In this document: piece by piece, positions 28,897 to 38,879 of the stretch
How the letters are laid out: each line of letters starts with the position of its first letter
How positions within the stretch are numbered: the first letter of the stretch is position 1
Assembly (NCBI GenBank): GCA_963803705.1
Contig: CAWDNU010000004.1
Coordinates: 128,001-192,000 of the forward strand
DNA length: 64,000 nt
Direction of reading: 5' to 3'
Source: an uncultured Pseudobdellovibrionaceae bacterium
GTDB taxonomy: Bacteria > Bdellovibrionota > Bdellovibrionia > Bdellovibrionales > UBA1609
Notes under the pieces: generated by a model
Told to the model about the DNA's origin: nothing
Databases searched by the model: none
What the model saw: only the letters and a program-made list of their open reading frames with translations
Translations under genes and position numbers: made by a program

Positions 28897-29280
28897 ATGA
28901 AAAAAATTTTTAATCTATGTCTGACTATCGTAAGTGGAACTGTGTTGTTCTTAACTATGGCTAGTGCGGCTGAAATTAATGGCGGTGTGTTTAATCCCGT
29001 GACTAAAAAAGTTGAATTAAATGTATCTTATGGCGGTGGATGCTCAGAGCACTCTTTTGAATTAGAACCTATCAATGGATGTTTGGAATCATTTCCCGTA
29101 CAATGTACATTAAGTTTATTGCACACAACTGATAAACCTGATTTTTGCGAAGCATTCATCACAAGAGATCTAGAGTTAGACCTTCCTGCTGAGTTTTTCA
29201 GCGATGCTTACTACACAGGCGCTTATTTGACTATTATGGGTGCAGGTCAAACTTCATTCTCTTTTCAATTGGCTGAATAA
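28897..29280 (+). CDS. Secreted Cys-containing hypothetical protein
   Basis: Signal peptide ending ASA; VSYGGGC..H.F.L, C..S.P.QC and D.CEA motifs; G-run RBS. Confidence 0.8.
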   Translation: MKKIFNLCLTIVSGTVLFLTMASAAEINGGVFNPVTKKVELNVSYGGGCSEHSFELEPINGCLESFPVQCTLSLLHTTDKPDFCEAFITRDLELDLPAEFFSDAYYTGAYLTIMGAGQTSFSFQLAE

Positions 29281-29423
29281 TAATTTAAGTTAAGGAAACC
29301 AGGCGAAGATCTAATCAATACGTTTTGCTCGTTGCCTGGCGAAAGCCATATTTTCTAACACAACTGACTTCGGTGTTTTGCACAAGTTATCAAAGGCTCT
29401 GTTAAATTTGCCAGTAAGTAACT

Positions 29424-30245
29424 TTAGGATTTAGTCAAACTAGCTTCGGGTAGAAGACCTCTACCACTTGTAAGCACTTTTTTGAGCCAATAAGAAAAAC
29501 TGTCTTCATAGGTATTAGGTAAATTAGTCGAGCGAAGTCCTTTTTCTTCAAGATGTGCTACTAATTTCTTTATATTCTTTAGGCTGTCTTTGCTATGAAA
29601 AAATTGGATACCAAAACCTTTACTCGCTGTTTTTTGATGAATAATTGGTTTGCCTAAAAATTTGAAGGATAGTTTATCACACTTGAAATTAATAGAGATC
29701 AAATCGTCGCTTTTAACTTCCACATTAGCAGAATTAAGAAATAACCCACCTATTGATATATTTTCGACAACACCAGTGACACTTTTTTTAGATTCTGCCT
29801 TAGACCATTCACAGTTAAAGCCTGCAATGTAGCGGGTGTGATTTTCCCACCAGCGAGCTCTACGGGAAAAGTAGAGGTTTCTAACTGCAGGTACAAGAAA
29901 ATAGCCGACGACAAGGATATTTAGTGCAAACAGGAAAGCTATATTTATGTAGCCATATCGTGTCTGGTCTGTAGAAATAGACTGAAAGTTAAAAAACAGT
30001 AAGCCTGCTTTACAAAGCACATAAGTGTAAAAACTCCATTTCTTGCATGCATAAATAGATAAACCGGCTAAAACTGGTAGCAAAAAAACATGTAAATTGG
30101 CAGCCAAATTCTGAAAGTGTAAGGCTTGAGAAAAAGACTCGATAACTCCGAAGCCGTTAAAAAGCCCGCTGAAAAGTATATTAAAAATCGGAGCAAAAAT
30201 GTGGATAATCGCTAATATAACTATTGGCCAAGGTCTTTTTCGCAT
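29424..30245 (-). CDS. Membrane protein with C-terminal PilZ-like domain
   Basis: Four TM helices, then RARWWENHTRY and NISIGG (PilZ D/NxSxxG) motifs. Confidence 0.82.
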   Translation of the reverse strand: MRKRPWPIVILAIIHIFAPIFNILFSGLFNGFGVIESFSQALHFQNLAANLHVFLLPVLAGLSIYACKKWSFYTYVLCKAGLLFFNFQSISTDQTRYGYINIAFLFALNILVVGYFLVPAVRNLYFSRRARWWENHTRYIAGFNCEWSKAESKKSVTGVVENISIGGLFLNSANVEVKSDDLISINFKCDKLSFKFLGKPIIHQKTASKGFGIQFFHSKDSLKNIKKLVAHLEEKGLRSTNLPNTYEDSFSYWLKKVLTSGRGLLPEASLTKS

Positions 30246-30341
30246 AACTAATATTATAAAACCTTTCCTTATGTAATCGCAATAATTTGCATCTCATTAG
30301 CATTTATTTGTATCAATTCAAATCAAATAACTAAGTTTTAG

Positions 30342-30890
30342 CTACTCGGGTTCACCGTAAATCACTTTATTCAATTCACCCTCTACTTTGTCTTGAGCTT
30401 TCGAGAGGTCAGATTTTCTGACGTTTTCAATTTGATAGTTTAAAAATTTGTAAACATCGCCAGTTGGTACTGATTTTTTTTGACCTCGCTTCATGAAGCG
30501 TCCCTTTATATATCCAACTGCCATAATTTTAGACTTGTGATAAAATGTTTGACGAATATAAAAGTCTTTTTCATCCCAAGACTCAACTTCTGTTTTAATA
30601 GTAAAATAATTGAACAAACCTAAAGATCTTTTAAATCGAATCGACTCTGAAACCACGACTGGGTAGTAACCCGATAAGATTAGCTTCCAAAATGCCTTGG
30701 GTTTTATCAACATATCGAATCTACCAAGATCCATAATAGATAAATAACGCCCATTATTCACATGAAAATTTGTATCAAGATCCAGTGGGCCTACAAAAAA
30801 AGAGGTAAAGCAGGGATCAAGCAGACTAGTTTTTTTAAAATAAAAAGCCCTTTTTACCACCAATATAATAAGTCTTAAAAACATCGTCAT
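30342..30890 (-). CDS. Hot-dog fold acyl-CoA thioesterase
   Basis: DLDTNFHVNNGRYLSIMDLGR and IRFKRSL motifs. Confidence 0.92.
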   Translation of the reverse strand: MTMFLRLIILVVKRAFYFKKTSLLDPCFTSFFVGPLDLDTNFHVNNGRYLSIMDLGRFDMLIKPKAFWKLILSGYYPVVVSESIRFKRSLGLFNYFTIKTEVESWDEKDFYIRQTFYHKSKIMAVGYIKGRFMKRGQKKSVPTGDVYKFLNYQIENVRKSDLSKAQDKVEGELNKVIYGEPE

Positions 30891-30902
30891 TTAAATCCTT
30901 CA

Positions 30903-33900
30903 TCAGACATTACGGCGGTACTGGCCGCCCACCTCATACAGTGCCTCGGTCATTTGGAACAGGGAACAACACTTTGAAGACTCCATTAAAGCTTCAAAAA
31001 TATTACCTTGCTCCATAGCAGTTTGCTTTAGCCTAGCTAGACTAACTTTTGCATTCTCAAAATTATTTTTCTGGTAAGCTTCAGTTCGATCCAATTGTAG
31101 ATTTTTTTCCTGCTTTGATGATCTTGCCATTTCTATTTTGGGTGGCTCGTAACCCTCTGTCATAGTTGTTGGATCGATATAGGTGTTTACCCCAATGATC
31201 GGAAGCTTACCACTATGTTTCAAAGTTTCGTAATACATGGATTCTTCTTGAATTTTACCTCTTTGGTACTGGGTTTCCATAGCACCTAAAACACCACCCC
31301 TTTCACTGATTTTTTGAAACTCTTCCAGCACCAGGCTTTCAACCTCGTCAGTTAGCCATTCGTAAAAAAAACTTCCCTGCAAAGAATTTTCGTTTTTTGC
31401 AGAGCCCATTTCATTATTAATTATCAACTGAATTGCTTGAGCACGCCGGACTGATTCTTCAGTCGGGGTTGTAATAGCTTCATCGTAGGCGTTAGTGTGA
31501 AGCGAGTTGCAGTTGTCTTCAATAGCCATCAGTGCTTGCAAAGTAGTTCTTATGTCGTTGAACTGAATCTCTTGCGCGTGTAAAGATCGTCCGCTGGTTT
31601 GTATATGATACTTTAATTTTTGCGAGCGATCGTTGCCCTTGTAAAGATCCCGCATCGCAACGGCCCAGATTCTTCTCGCTACTCGACCTAGAACTGAATA
31701 CTCGGGGTCCATACCATTACTAAAGAAGAACGAAAAGTTTGGTGCAAAATCATCAACACTCATACCTCTGGCTACGTAATATTCTACGTATGTAAAAGCA
31801 TTACTTAAAGTTAAAGCAAGCTGAGTGATCGGGTTAGCACCTGCTTCAGCGATATGATAGCCAGAGATACTTACGGAATAAAAGTTTTTAACTTTTTGCT
31901 CTATAAAATAACTTTGAACATCGCCCATCATCTTTAATGCAAAGTCTATAGAAAATATACAGGTGTTCTGGCCTTGATCTTCTTTTAAAATATCGGCCTG
32001 AACAGTACCTCTTACATTTTGTAAGGCAAAGTTTTTTACTTCAGAGTATTCATTTTGCCTTAGTTCACGACCAAGTTCTTTTTGTTTTTTTAGAACTTGC
32101 TGATCTATAGCTGTGTTCATAAAAAAGGCCAAAATCATAGGTGCGGGCCCGTTGATTGTCATACTGACGCTAGTTTTGGGGTCACAAAGATCAAATCCAT
32201 CATATAGACGTTTCATGTCGTCTAACGTGGCAATGCTCACACCGCTTTCGCCTACTTTACCAAAGATGTCGGGACGCCTGTCAGGATCCTGACCATACAG
32301 AGTTACACTGTCAAAAGCGGTAGATAATCTTTTGGCTGGCTGACCCTGGGATAAATAATGAAATCTTTTATTTGTTTTTTCTGGAGGGCCTTCACCTGCG
32401 AACTGGCGAGTTGGGTCTTCTCCTTGACGCTTAAGCGGGAAAACCCCAGCTGTGAAAGGAAAAAATCCAGGCATATTTTCTAATTTCAAGAACCTATAGC
32501 GATCACCCCACGAACTTAATCGAGGAAAACTGACTCTTGGAACTGAAACATCGGATAAAGAAGTTACCCTTAACTTTTGCTCTACGGTTTTCCCACGGAC
32601 CTCATAAACATAATTTTGGCCCTCATACTTAGCTTTAAAGCTGTCCCAAGCTATAGTCTCGTGATAGTCAGTGCCCAACTTTTCCTTCAATTTTTTAACA
32701 TCTATTCTTAATTTCGACTTGATATCAGAATCTGAATGATTTTCTTCCACGGCCACCAAAGACTGAAGCCAGTCTAGGTCTAGAGATTTTTTATCTACAT
32801 CTGATTTAAACTTTCTTATGGTCTGTACAACCTCTGCTAGGTAGTTTTGACGATGAGCCGGCACGATAATTTTTTTTTCGGTATCTCGCAAAGTCTGTTT
32901 TAATTTTTCATCCATAGACCATTTCTTTAAATTTCCTATTTGGCCTAAATCTTTCTTGTTTTCTTCTAGAGTTTGAAACACATTTAAAAATAATTGATTA
33001 ACGCCCTTATCGTTAAAATTCGAAGCTTGAGTCAGAAATATAGGTTGATTAGCTGATTGATCTGCAGACTCCTCAAAAATCTTTCTTGAGCGCCTATATT
33101 GCTTATGTACATCACGATAGGCGTCGTCAGAACCCCTGCGATCAGCCTTATTAATTGCTATGAAATCTGCGTAGTCGATCATATCAATCTTTTCAAGCTG
33201 GCTTTGAGCCCCAAATTCGGAGGTCATAACGTATAGGCTGTAATCACTGACTTCCGTAATGGCTACGTTAGCTTGGCCAATCCCAGAGCTTTCAGCAATA
33301 ATAAAGTCAAAATTCATAGACTTAAATAAATTTAAAACTTGCGGCAACTGACCTGATATTTCGTTTCCCGAACCCCTAGAAGCTAATGACCTCATATAAG
33401 TATTGGGCCGGCTTAACGAGTTCATACGAATCCGATCACCTAGCAAAGCCCCGCCAGTTTTCTTTTTTGAAGGGTCTACACAAACAACGCCAATTTTTAA
33501 ATCTGGATAAACATTTAAAAACCTTTGTATCACCTCGTCTATAAGACTTGATTTACCAGCGCCGCCGGTACCTGTTACACCAAGAATTGGCGGAGCATTA
33601 GTTTGTGACTTAAAATTGAGGATATCGATAACCTTGTGACTGTGTTCCAATTCAACTGCAGAAACTGCAAGTCCAATATCTCGATGTCTTATTTCACCTA
33701 AATTATGAATCCCTTTAGGACTTAACTTTAAATCTAGATCTGCTTTGTCTAATATATTGAAATCACACTCTTTGATTATCAGCTCGATCATTCCCTCTAG
33801 ACCCAACCTTCTGCCATCTTCGGGATGAAAAATTTGGGTGATTCCGTAAGATTCAAGTTCTCTTTTCTCATCAAATACAATAACCCCACCGCCGCCACCA

Positions 33901-34181
33901 AAAATCTTGACATAGGGTGCGCCATTTTCATTTAGTAGGTCGCGCATATATTTAAAGTATTCCATATGGCCGCCTTGATAAGAGCTTATGGCGATACCCT
34001 GAGCACCTTCTTGCAAAGCTGTGATAACAACATCTTTAACTGACCGATTGTGTCCCAAGTGTATTACTTCTGCGCCTTGGTCCTGTAAAATTCTTCGCAT
34101 GATATTTATGGAAGCATCATGTCCATCGAACAGGGATGCTGCAGTTACAATTCGAATTGGATTTTCGGGTAGGTAAGACAT
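30903..34181 (-). CDS. icmF: Fused isobutyryl-CoA mutase / MeaB-type GTPase
   Basis: B12 motif FDGHDASINIMRR, P-loop GTGGAGKSS, LLGDRIRMN, RQFAGEG (Phe specificity residue), RGTVQADILKE and NSLHTNAYDEA. Confidence 0.96.
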   Translation of the reverse strand: MSYLPENPIRIVTAASLFDGHDASINIMRRILQDQGAEVIHLGHNRSVKDVVITALQEGAQGIAISSYQGGHMEYFKYMRDLLNENGAPYVKIFGGGGGVIVFDEKRELESYGITQIFHPEDGRRLGLEGMIELIIKECDFNILDKADLDLKLSPKGIHNLGEIRHRDIGLAVSAVELEHSHKVIDILNFKSQTNAPPILGVTGTGGAGKSSLIDEVIQRFLNVYPDLKIGVVCVDPSKKKTGGALLGDRIRMNSLSRPNTYMRSLASRGSGNEISGQLPQVLNLFKSMNFDFIIAESSGIGQANVAITEVSDYSLYVMTSEFGAQSQLEKIDMIDYADFIAINKADRRGSDDAYRDVHKQYRRSRKIFEESADQSANQPIFLTQASNFNDKGVNQLFLNVFQTLEENKKDLGQIGNLKKWSMDEKLKQTLRDTEKKIIVPAHRQNYLAEVVQTIRKFKSDVDKKSLDLDWLQSLVAVEENHSDSDIKSKLRIDVKKLKEKLGTDYHETIAWDSFKAKYEGQNYVYEVRGKTVEQKLRVTSLSDVSVPRVSFPRLSSWGDRYRFLKLENMPGFFPFTAGVFPLKRQGEDPTRQFAGEGPPEKTNKRFHYLSQGQPAKRLSTAFDSVTLYGQDPDRRPDIFGKVGESGVSIATLDDMKRLYDGFDLCDPKTSVSMTINGPAPMILAFFMNTAIDQQVLKKQKELGRELRQNEYSEVKNFALQNVRGTVQADILKEDQGQNTCIFSIDFALKMMGDVQSYFIEQKVKNFYSVSISGYHIAEAGANPITQLALTLSNAFTYVEYYVARGMSVDDFAPNFSFFFSNGMDPEYSVLGRVARRIWAVAMRDLYKGNDRSQKLKYHIQTSGRSLHAQEIQFNDIRTTLQALMAIEDNCNSLHTNAYDEAITTPTEESVRRAQAIQLIINNEMGSAKNENSLQGSFFYEWLTDEVESLVLEEFQKISERGGVLGAMETQYQRGKIQEESMYYETLKHSGKLPIIGVNTYIDPTTMTEGYEPPKIEMARSSKQEKNLQLDRTEAYQKNNFENAKVSLARLKQTAMEQGNIFEALMESSKCCSLFQMTEALYEVGGQYRRNV

Positions 34182-34244
34182 ATCAAAACCTTTTTTTTCT
34201 AACTTAAAAACTAGTAGCAAGCTTAAAAAAGCTGTATCACAAAA

Positions 34245-35009
34245 TTAGAACTTCGCAGCTCTTTTTTCTAAGAAAGCGGCCATGCCTTCTTTAGACTCTT
34301 GATTCGAAAATAAGTAAGCGAAATAGTCCTCTTCTAACTTCAATCCTTTTTCCAGGCTTTTATTAAAGCCTTCGTGAATGGATTTTTTTGCAGCTTTTAT
34401 CGCTTGCGGACCTTTTTTAGTTATTGTTTTGGCAACTTCGATACATTGAGTTAACAGGTGAGCCTGTGGCACCACCTGAATCACTAGGCCTCGGCTGAGT
34501 AATTCATCGGCAGAAACCATTTGGCCGGTAGTGACCAAATACTTAGCGTAACTAAGGCCTAGATTTCTTGATAACCGTTGAGTTCCACCGAATCCTGGAA
34601 TCAAACCTAGGCTCACTTCTGGAAGTCCAAATTTTGCATTTTCAGATGCAAATATAAAATCGCAAGCCAGAGCCAACTCAAAACCTCCGCCCAAACAAAA
34701 CCCATTTACCGCAGCGATCACTGGTACACTTAAGTTTTCAAGCTTCGAAAAAACACTTTGACCGTATCTACAAAACCGAGAAGCTTCTTCAGAGCTCATT
34801 TCCTGCATTGCTGCTATATCTGCTCCTGCGACAAAAGCTTTTTCCCCTTCGCCGGTGACAATTAGCGCCCTGAAGCCGGCCTTTTCCCCCAACTCATCAA
34901 GTTTCTGATCTAGGTGATCAAAAACCTCTTTGGACAAAGCGTTTAGAACTTTGGGGCGGTTTATTTTTAATAGATACACACCATTTTCTAATTCTTTCAA
35001 TTCAACCAT
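34245..35009 (-). CDS. crt: Enoyl-CoA hydratase (crotonase)
   Basis: INRPKVLNALS, AFVAGADI, GGGFELALACD and FGLPEVSLGLIPGFGGTQRL motifs. Confidence 0.93.
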   Translation of the reverse strand: MVELKELENGVYLLKINRPKVLNALSKEVFDHLDQKLDELGEKAGFRALIVTGEGEKAFVAGADIAAMQEMSSEEASRFCRYGQSVFSKLENLSVPVIAAVNGFCLGGGFELALACDFIFASENAKFGLPEVSLGLIPGFGGTQRLSRNLGLSYAKYLVTTGQMVSADELLSRGLVIQVVPQAHLLTQCIEVAKTITKKGPQAIKAAKKSIHEGFNKSLEKGLKLEEDYFAYLFSNQESKEGMAAFLEKRAAKF

Positions 35010-35095
35010 AATACACTCCACACTTTATAAAGTTCGTTCGTACTTATTCTAAGTTTCACGAAAGATGACGATCTACCTGTATAATTTAAATACTT

Positions 35096-35944
35096 TTAGT
35101 ACTGATAAAACCCACGCCCTGACTTACGGCCCATCCATCCTGCCTCAACGTATTTAACTAGAAGTGGACAAGGTCGATATTTGCTGTCACCGAAACCTTG
35201 GTGAAGGACATTCATAATAGCCAGACAAGTATCAAGTCCTATAAAGTCTGCTAGAGTTAAGGGACCCATAGGTTGGTTGGTACCAAGCTTCATAGCTTGG
35301 TCAATCCCTTCTACATCGGCAATCCCCTCGTACAGTGCGTAGCACGCCTCGTTGATCATCGGCATTAGAACCCTGTTCACGATGAAACCAGGCATATCAC
35401 GACCTTCAATAAATGTTTTATCTAGCTGTATTGCAAATTCACGAACAGCCTGAAAAGTCAGGTCAGAGGTTTGCAGTCCTCTTATGCCTTCTACTAAAAC
35501 CATCAAAGGCACTGGGTTCATAAAGTGCATTCCCATGACTGATTCTGGACGCTGGGTTATGCCTGCGATTTTAGTAATAGAGATAGAAGATGTATTACTA
35601 CACAAAATAGCACTTGGTTTTAGAGTTTGATCTAGCTCTTTGAAAATTTTTAGCTTCAGCTCTACATTTTCTGTAGCTGCTTCGATAACTAAGTCACAAT
35701 CTTTTAAGTCTGCCACTGAAGAGGTGGTCGAAATCTTAGATAGCATCTTTTGTTTCTGTTCTTCAGTTAGTTTTTCTTTTTTTATCAAGCGGTCGCAACT
35801 GTTGCCAATAGCGTTTAAGCCTTTGTCTAAAGCCTCTTTAGAGACATCCATCATTTCCACACGGATACCCTTAAAAGCCACCACCTGCGCAATTCCATTA
35901 CCCATCTGACCGGAACCAATAATACCTACGGATTTAAAACTCAT
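35096..35944 (-). CDS. hbd: 3-hydroxybutyryl-CoA dehydrogenase
   Basis: GSGQMGNGIAQ, IEAATEN, SNTSSISIT, GMHFMNP, PGFIVNR and PMGPLTLADFIGLD motifs. Confidence 0.96.
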   Translation of the reverse strand: MSFKSVGIIGSGQMGNGIAQVVAFKGIRVEMMDVSKEALDKGLNAIGNSCDRLIKKEKLTEEQKQKMLSKISTTSSVADLKDCDLVIEAATENVELKLKIFKELDQTLKPSAILCSNTSSISITKIAGITQRPESVMGMHFMNPVPLMVLVEGIRGLQTSDLTFQAVREFAIQLDKTFIEGRDMPGFIVNRVLMPMINEACYALYEGIADVEGIDQAMKLGTNQPMGPLTLADFIGLDTCLAIMNVLHQGFGDSKYRPCPLLVKYVEAGWMGRKSGRGFYQY

Positions 35945-35982
35945 TTACTACTCCCTTCCTACCCAATAACTTTACAGTGCCG

Positions 35983-36092
35983 CTTTGATGGCTATTTCGC
36001 CATAGCCTCATAGTTTTACTTTGATGGCTATTTCGCCATAGCCTCACAGTTTTACTTTGATGGCTATTTTATCTAAGCTTCGCCATGAAGCT
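35983..36092. repeat. Tandem 36-bp repeat (about 2.4 copies) of hairpin units, plus a related hairpin
   Basis: CTTTGATGGCTATTTCGCCATAGCCTCAYAGTTTTA twice, a partial third copy, then AGCTTC-GCCAT-GAAGCT. Confidence 0.9.
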
Positions 36093-36106
36093 GTTGTGAC
36101 TAATTT

Positions 36107-36841
36107 TTAAAGTTCAAAATATATGCGTTCAAATTTTTGTTTTAACTCAAGCATCTTAGCCTTTCGATTCAACGGCGTCCAACCTTGGGTAGAAATTTTT
36201 TCGGCCACAAACACATCTACGCTAGATGTCATTTTTCTCATGTTCGGCAACAGATCTTGGGCAGGCCAAAGGCTCCTGGTTCCCTTAATAATAACTGGAA
36301 CTAAATCCGCTTGGCATGATAATGCAAATATAAACGGACCTGACTTAAAGTCAGCAATTCCATCCGACCGATTTCTAGTTCCCTCTGGTGCAATTACAAA
36401 ATGATCTCCTGCAGCTAACCTAAGCTTCGCCTCTTCGTAAACACGTATTGATGCCTCTAAGTCATTTCTAGGCATCATCAACGATCTTACAAGTTTAAAA
36501 CAAAGCCCCAACACTGGTAACTTTTCCAATTCTTTTTTTGCCACATAATACATAAACCGACCTGTAACTAAAACCAAAACTGGAATATCTAAGAACGAGC
36601 AATGATTAAAAAGTATGATGGCCCCGGATTGGGGAATGGGTTTCGAATACTTAATGTTTAGTCTTACGCCGCATACAAGAATTATAAATTTAGCCCATAC
36701 CCACTGAATTTTGTAAGCTCTCTTCTCATTAATTAAAACCACAACTAGGAAAAATGGAAATAAAAACAAAGTAAAGATGGCTATAAATAAAACTGCTAAA
36801 AAAGAGTGGAACAAATGAAGAAAATTAAATAAAGATTTCAT
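36107..36841 (-). CDS. plsC: 1-acyl-sn-glycerol-3-phosphate acyltransferase
   Basis: NHCSFLD (HX4D), VAKKEL, APEGTR, FKSG and VPV motifs. Confidence 0.92.
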   Translation of the reverse strand: MKSLFNFLHLFHSFLAVLFIAIFTLFLFPFFLVVVLINEKRAYKIQWVWAKFIILVCGVRLNIKYSKPIPQSGAIILFNHCSFLDIPVLVLVTGRFMYYVAKKELEKLPVLGLCFKLVRSLMMPRNDLEASIRVYEEAKLRLAAGDHFVIAPEGTRNRSDGIADFKSGPFIFALSCQADLVPVIIKGTRSLWPAQDLLPNMRKMTSSVDVFVAEKISTQGWTPLNRKAKMLELKQKFERIYFEL

Positions 36842-36843
36842 CT

Positions 36844-37917
36844 TTAAAGCTCACCAAAAACTCTTAGCCTAGCGGCTTGCCTTTGCCTGTTCTTGTACTC
36901 TTCGTGGGAAGCCGCCCCGGTCATGTTTTTATCAAAAGTCTCTTTGTCTAAAATTTGCACTTCGAAAGGATAAAAAAAATTAAATTCAGACTTTTCAGGA
37001 CCTCTATCAATTTTTAAAAACTGTCTAGTAATAAATTTTAAAAACTTAAAGTCTTTACTTGTAAACGGATTAAGATCTTTAGAAGTGCTTTCAATTTTTT
37101 TTAGATTATCAGCTACTCGCGATTCTAACTGTCCTAAATCTATTTTGCCCCCGGTAAGCATTGAGTTTTCTAATGCGGACATAAAAACAGGTGTTGGACA
37201 TATCGTATTTTTTGATAATGAAGAGATCACATGAGGGTAGCTGACCAGGTTTTTATCGATTAAAAATTGAATCACTCTAAATATATCCACTAAATTTTTT
37301 GTCACAAAGCGAATGCCTACACGGTCCAGCAAAGTCATTGCAATTAGGTCCTGTCTAGCCAAAAGCTTTACAACAGCTGAATGATTTTGTTTAAATGACT
37401 TTTCCTCAAAAGCTACAATTTCTATTCGGTCAGATTCTTGACCTAAAAACATTCTGCCATCATCTTCTTTATGAATATTTTGCGAAATTGGTTTTAAAAT
37501 TTGGTACTGTATATCGTCAGCAAATGATGTAAAGATATCGTTGTCTAAGTGAATTAACACATGCATAACCCGCAATATGGCACAGGCCCATTTCTGCTGA
37601 CTTTCAACATTTGATGAACTTAAGCTTGCAGCCAAAAAAAGAGTAGTAATATCACCAAGATCTTCCCTGTTTCGTAAAGTCAGCGGTATTTTTTCTTCCG
37701 GCAATAAAATTTCGCTTTCTAAAATCTCTATGGCTTGTCGGTGATAAGTCCAAACTCTTTTTAAGTCTTTGACCTTAGATAAATCATAACCATAGGCATG
37801 AATAAAATCTAAGGCTTCTTCCCTATCCTGTAAGAATAGTCTCGGGAAATCTACCGATTGACCTTCTCCTAGAATACTACCCAGTATGAATGGATTAAAA
37901 CTTACTTTTTTCATCAA
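36844..37917 (-). CDS. TIGR04552-family protein (RelA/SpoT-synthetase-like nucleotidyltransferase motifs)
   Basis: WACAILRVMH, K...SAVVKLL, DRVGIRFVT, N.F...FKF.KFITR and FFYPFEVQI...ASHEEYK motifs. Family recalled from memory. Confidence 0.8.
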   Translation of the reverse strand: MMKKVSFNPFILGSILGEGQSVDFPRLFLQDREEALDFIHAYGYDLSKVKDLKRVWTYHRQAIEILESEILLPEEKIPLTLRNREDLGDITTLFLAASLSSSNVESQQKWACAILRVMHVLIHLDNDIFTSFADDIQYQILKPISQNIHKEDDGRMFLGQESDRIEIVAFEEKSFKQNHSAVVKLLARQDLIAMTLLDRVGIRFVTKNLVDIFRVIQFLIDKNLVSYPHVISSLSKNTICPTPVFMSALENSMLTGGKIDLGQLESRVADNLKKIESTSKDLNPFTSKDFKFLKFITRQFLKIDRGPEKSEFNFFYPFEVQILDKETFDKNMTGAASHEEYKNRQRQAARLRVFGEL

Positions 37918-37968
37918 TTGAATTAGACCAATTCAACCAGAATATAACAATCATTAACACCAAAATAC

Positions 37969-37997
37969 AAAAGGGACTTACTCACGTAAGTCCCCTT
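37969..37997. terminator. Intrinsic terminator
   Basis: GGGACTTAC-TCAC-GTAAGTCCC, with a U-tract on the minus strand. Confidence 0.8.
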
Positions 37998-38082
37998 AAA
38001 TCTTGATTTAAAACCACTTAAAAGCGGCCAGAGGCATGACTTGGGGGGTCAGCTGCCCCTGGCTAAGAAATATATAATTAAA

Positions 38083-38841
38083 TTAGTTACAGTTAAACAA
38101 TGCACAAATCTTGTGATTAGTAAAATATCCAAAAAATACAATGCTATTTGAGCTAGCTGAGGGACGCAGATAAATTTCTCCGCTCATAGTCTGGTTGTTT
38201 CTATCGATATCGAAAACCAAGCTGATCTCTCCGAGCGAATCAGAAAATGAAATCTCTATCAAAGGCTTACCGTTGATAACTCTGTACGAGGATCCATTTA
38301 GAACACCTACTTGTTTGCTCGAGCCTTTTCGTCCAAAGTAGGAGTAGCCTAGAAAATCGAATTTCTTATTAGTTTGAGGATTTATACCATCAGTGTAATA
38401 ATCCCAAATTGAAATCTCAAACTGAAAGTTTTTTGGATCAAGTTCCGAAAAGAATTGATTTTCAGAAATTTGATTTCCAAGTTGCAATTTAGAAGTGCTT
38501 CTCGAATTCAAATCCCCCCAGAAAAAAATATCCACCGTTTCAAAAAGCTCTTGTGAAATTTGAACTTGCTTACTTTCAGCAATTGAGAGAAAAGCGTTTA
38601 CTCCGACCAGGTCTCTGTTGACATATCCCCATTTCGGCGAATCAAGAGGTGGCCTGTCTATCGATTTAATATCTATAGCTAGCATTCCATTTTCGGCGGT
38701 AACCCCACCTGTTCTTGAGGTTCGAACTTGGTTGGCAACTAAACTGCCACCTTCAGAAGAATTTAGACTGCAGCCAGCTAATGCCAACATTAAACCTAAA
38801 ACATTTATTATTTTTATCCCCATTTTTGTTTTCATAACCAT
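38083..38841 (-). CDS. Hypothetical lipoprotein
   Basis: LAGC lipobox; beta-rich composition. Confidence 0.8.
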   Translation of the reverse strand: MVMKTKMGIKIINVLGLMLALAGCSLNSSEGGSLVANQVRTSRTGGVTAENGMLAIDIKSIDRPPLDSPKWGYVNRDLVGVNAFLSIAESKQVQISQELFETVDIFFWGDLNSRSTSKLQLGNQISENQFFSELDPKNFQFEISIWDYYTDGINPQTNKKFDFLGYSYFGRKGSSKQVGVLNGSSYRVINGKPLIEISFSDSLGEISLVFDIDRNNQTMSGEIYLRPSASSNSIVFFGYFTNHKICALFNCN

Positions 38842-38879
38842 CCCCCCTGGACGTATAAAATGTTTATATTAAAAAAAAA

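Noticed and set aside
35983..36069. 36-bp palindromic repeats as a CRISPR array
   Set aside because: Copies are directly adjacent with no unique spacers, there are only about 2.4 units, and no cas genes are in the window.
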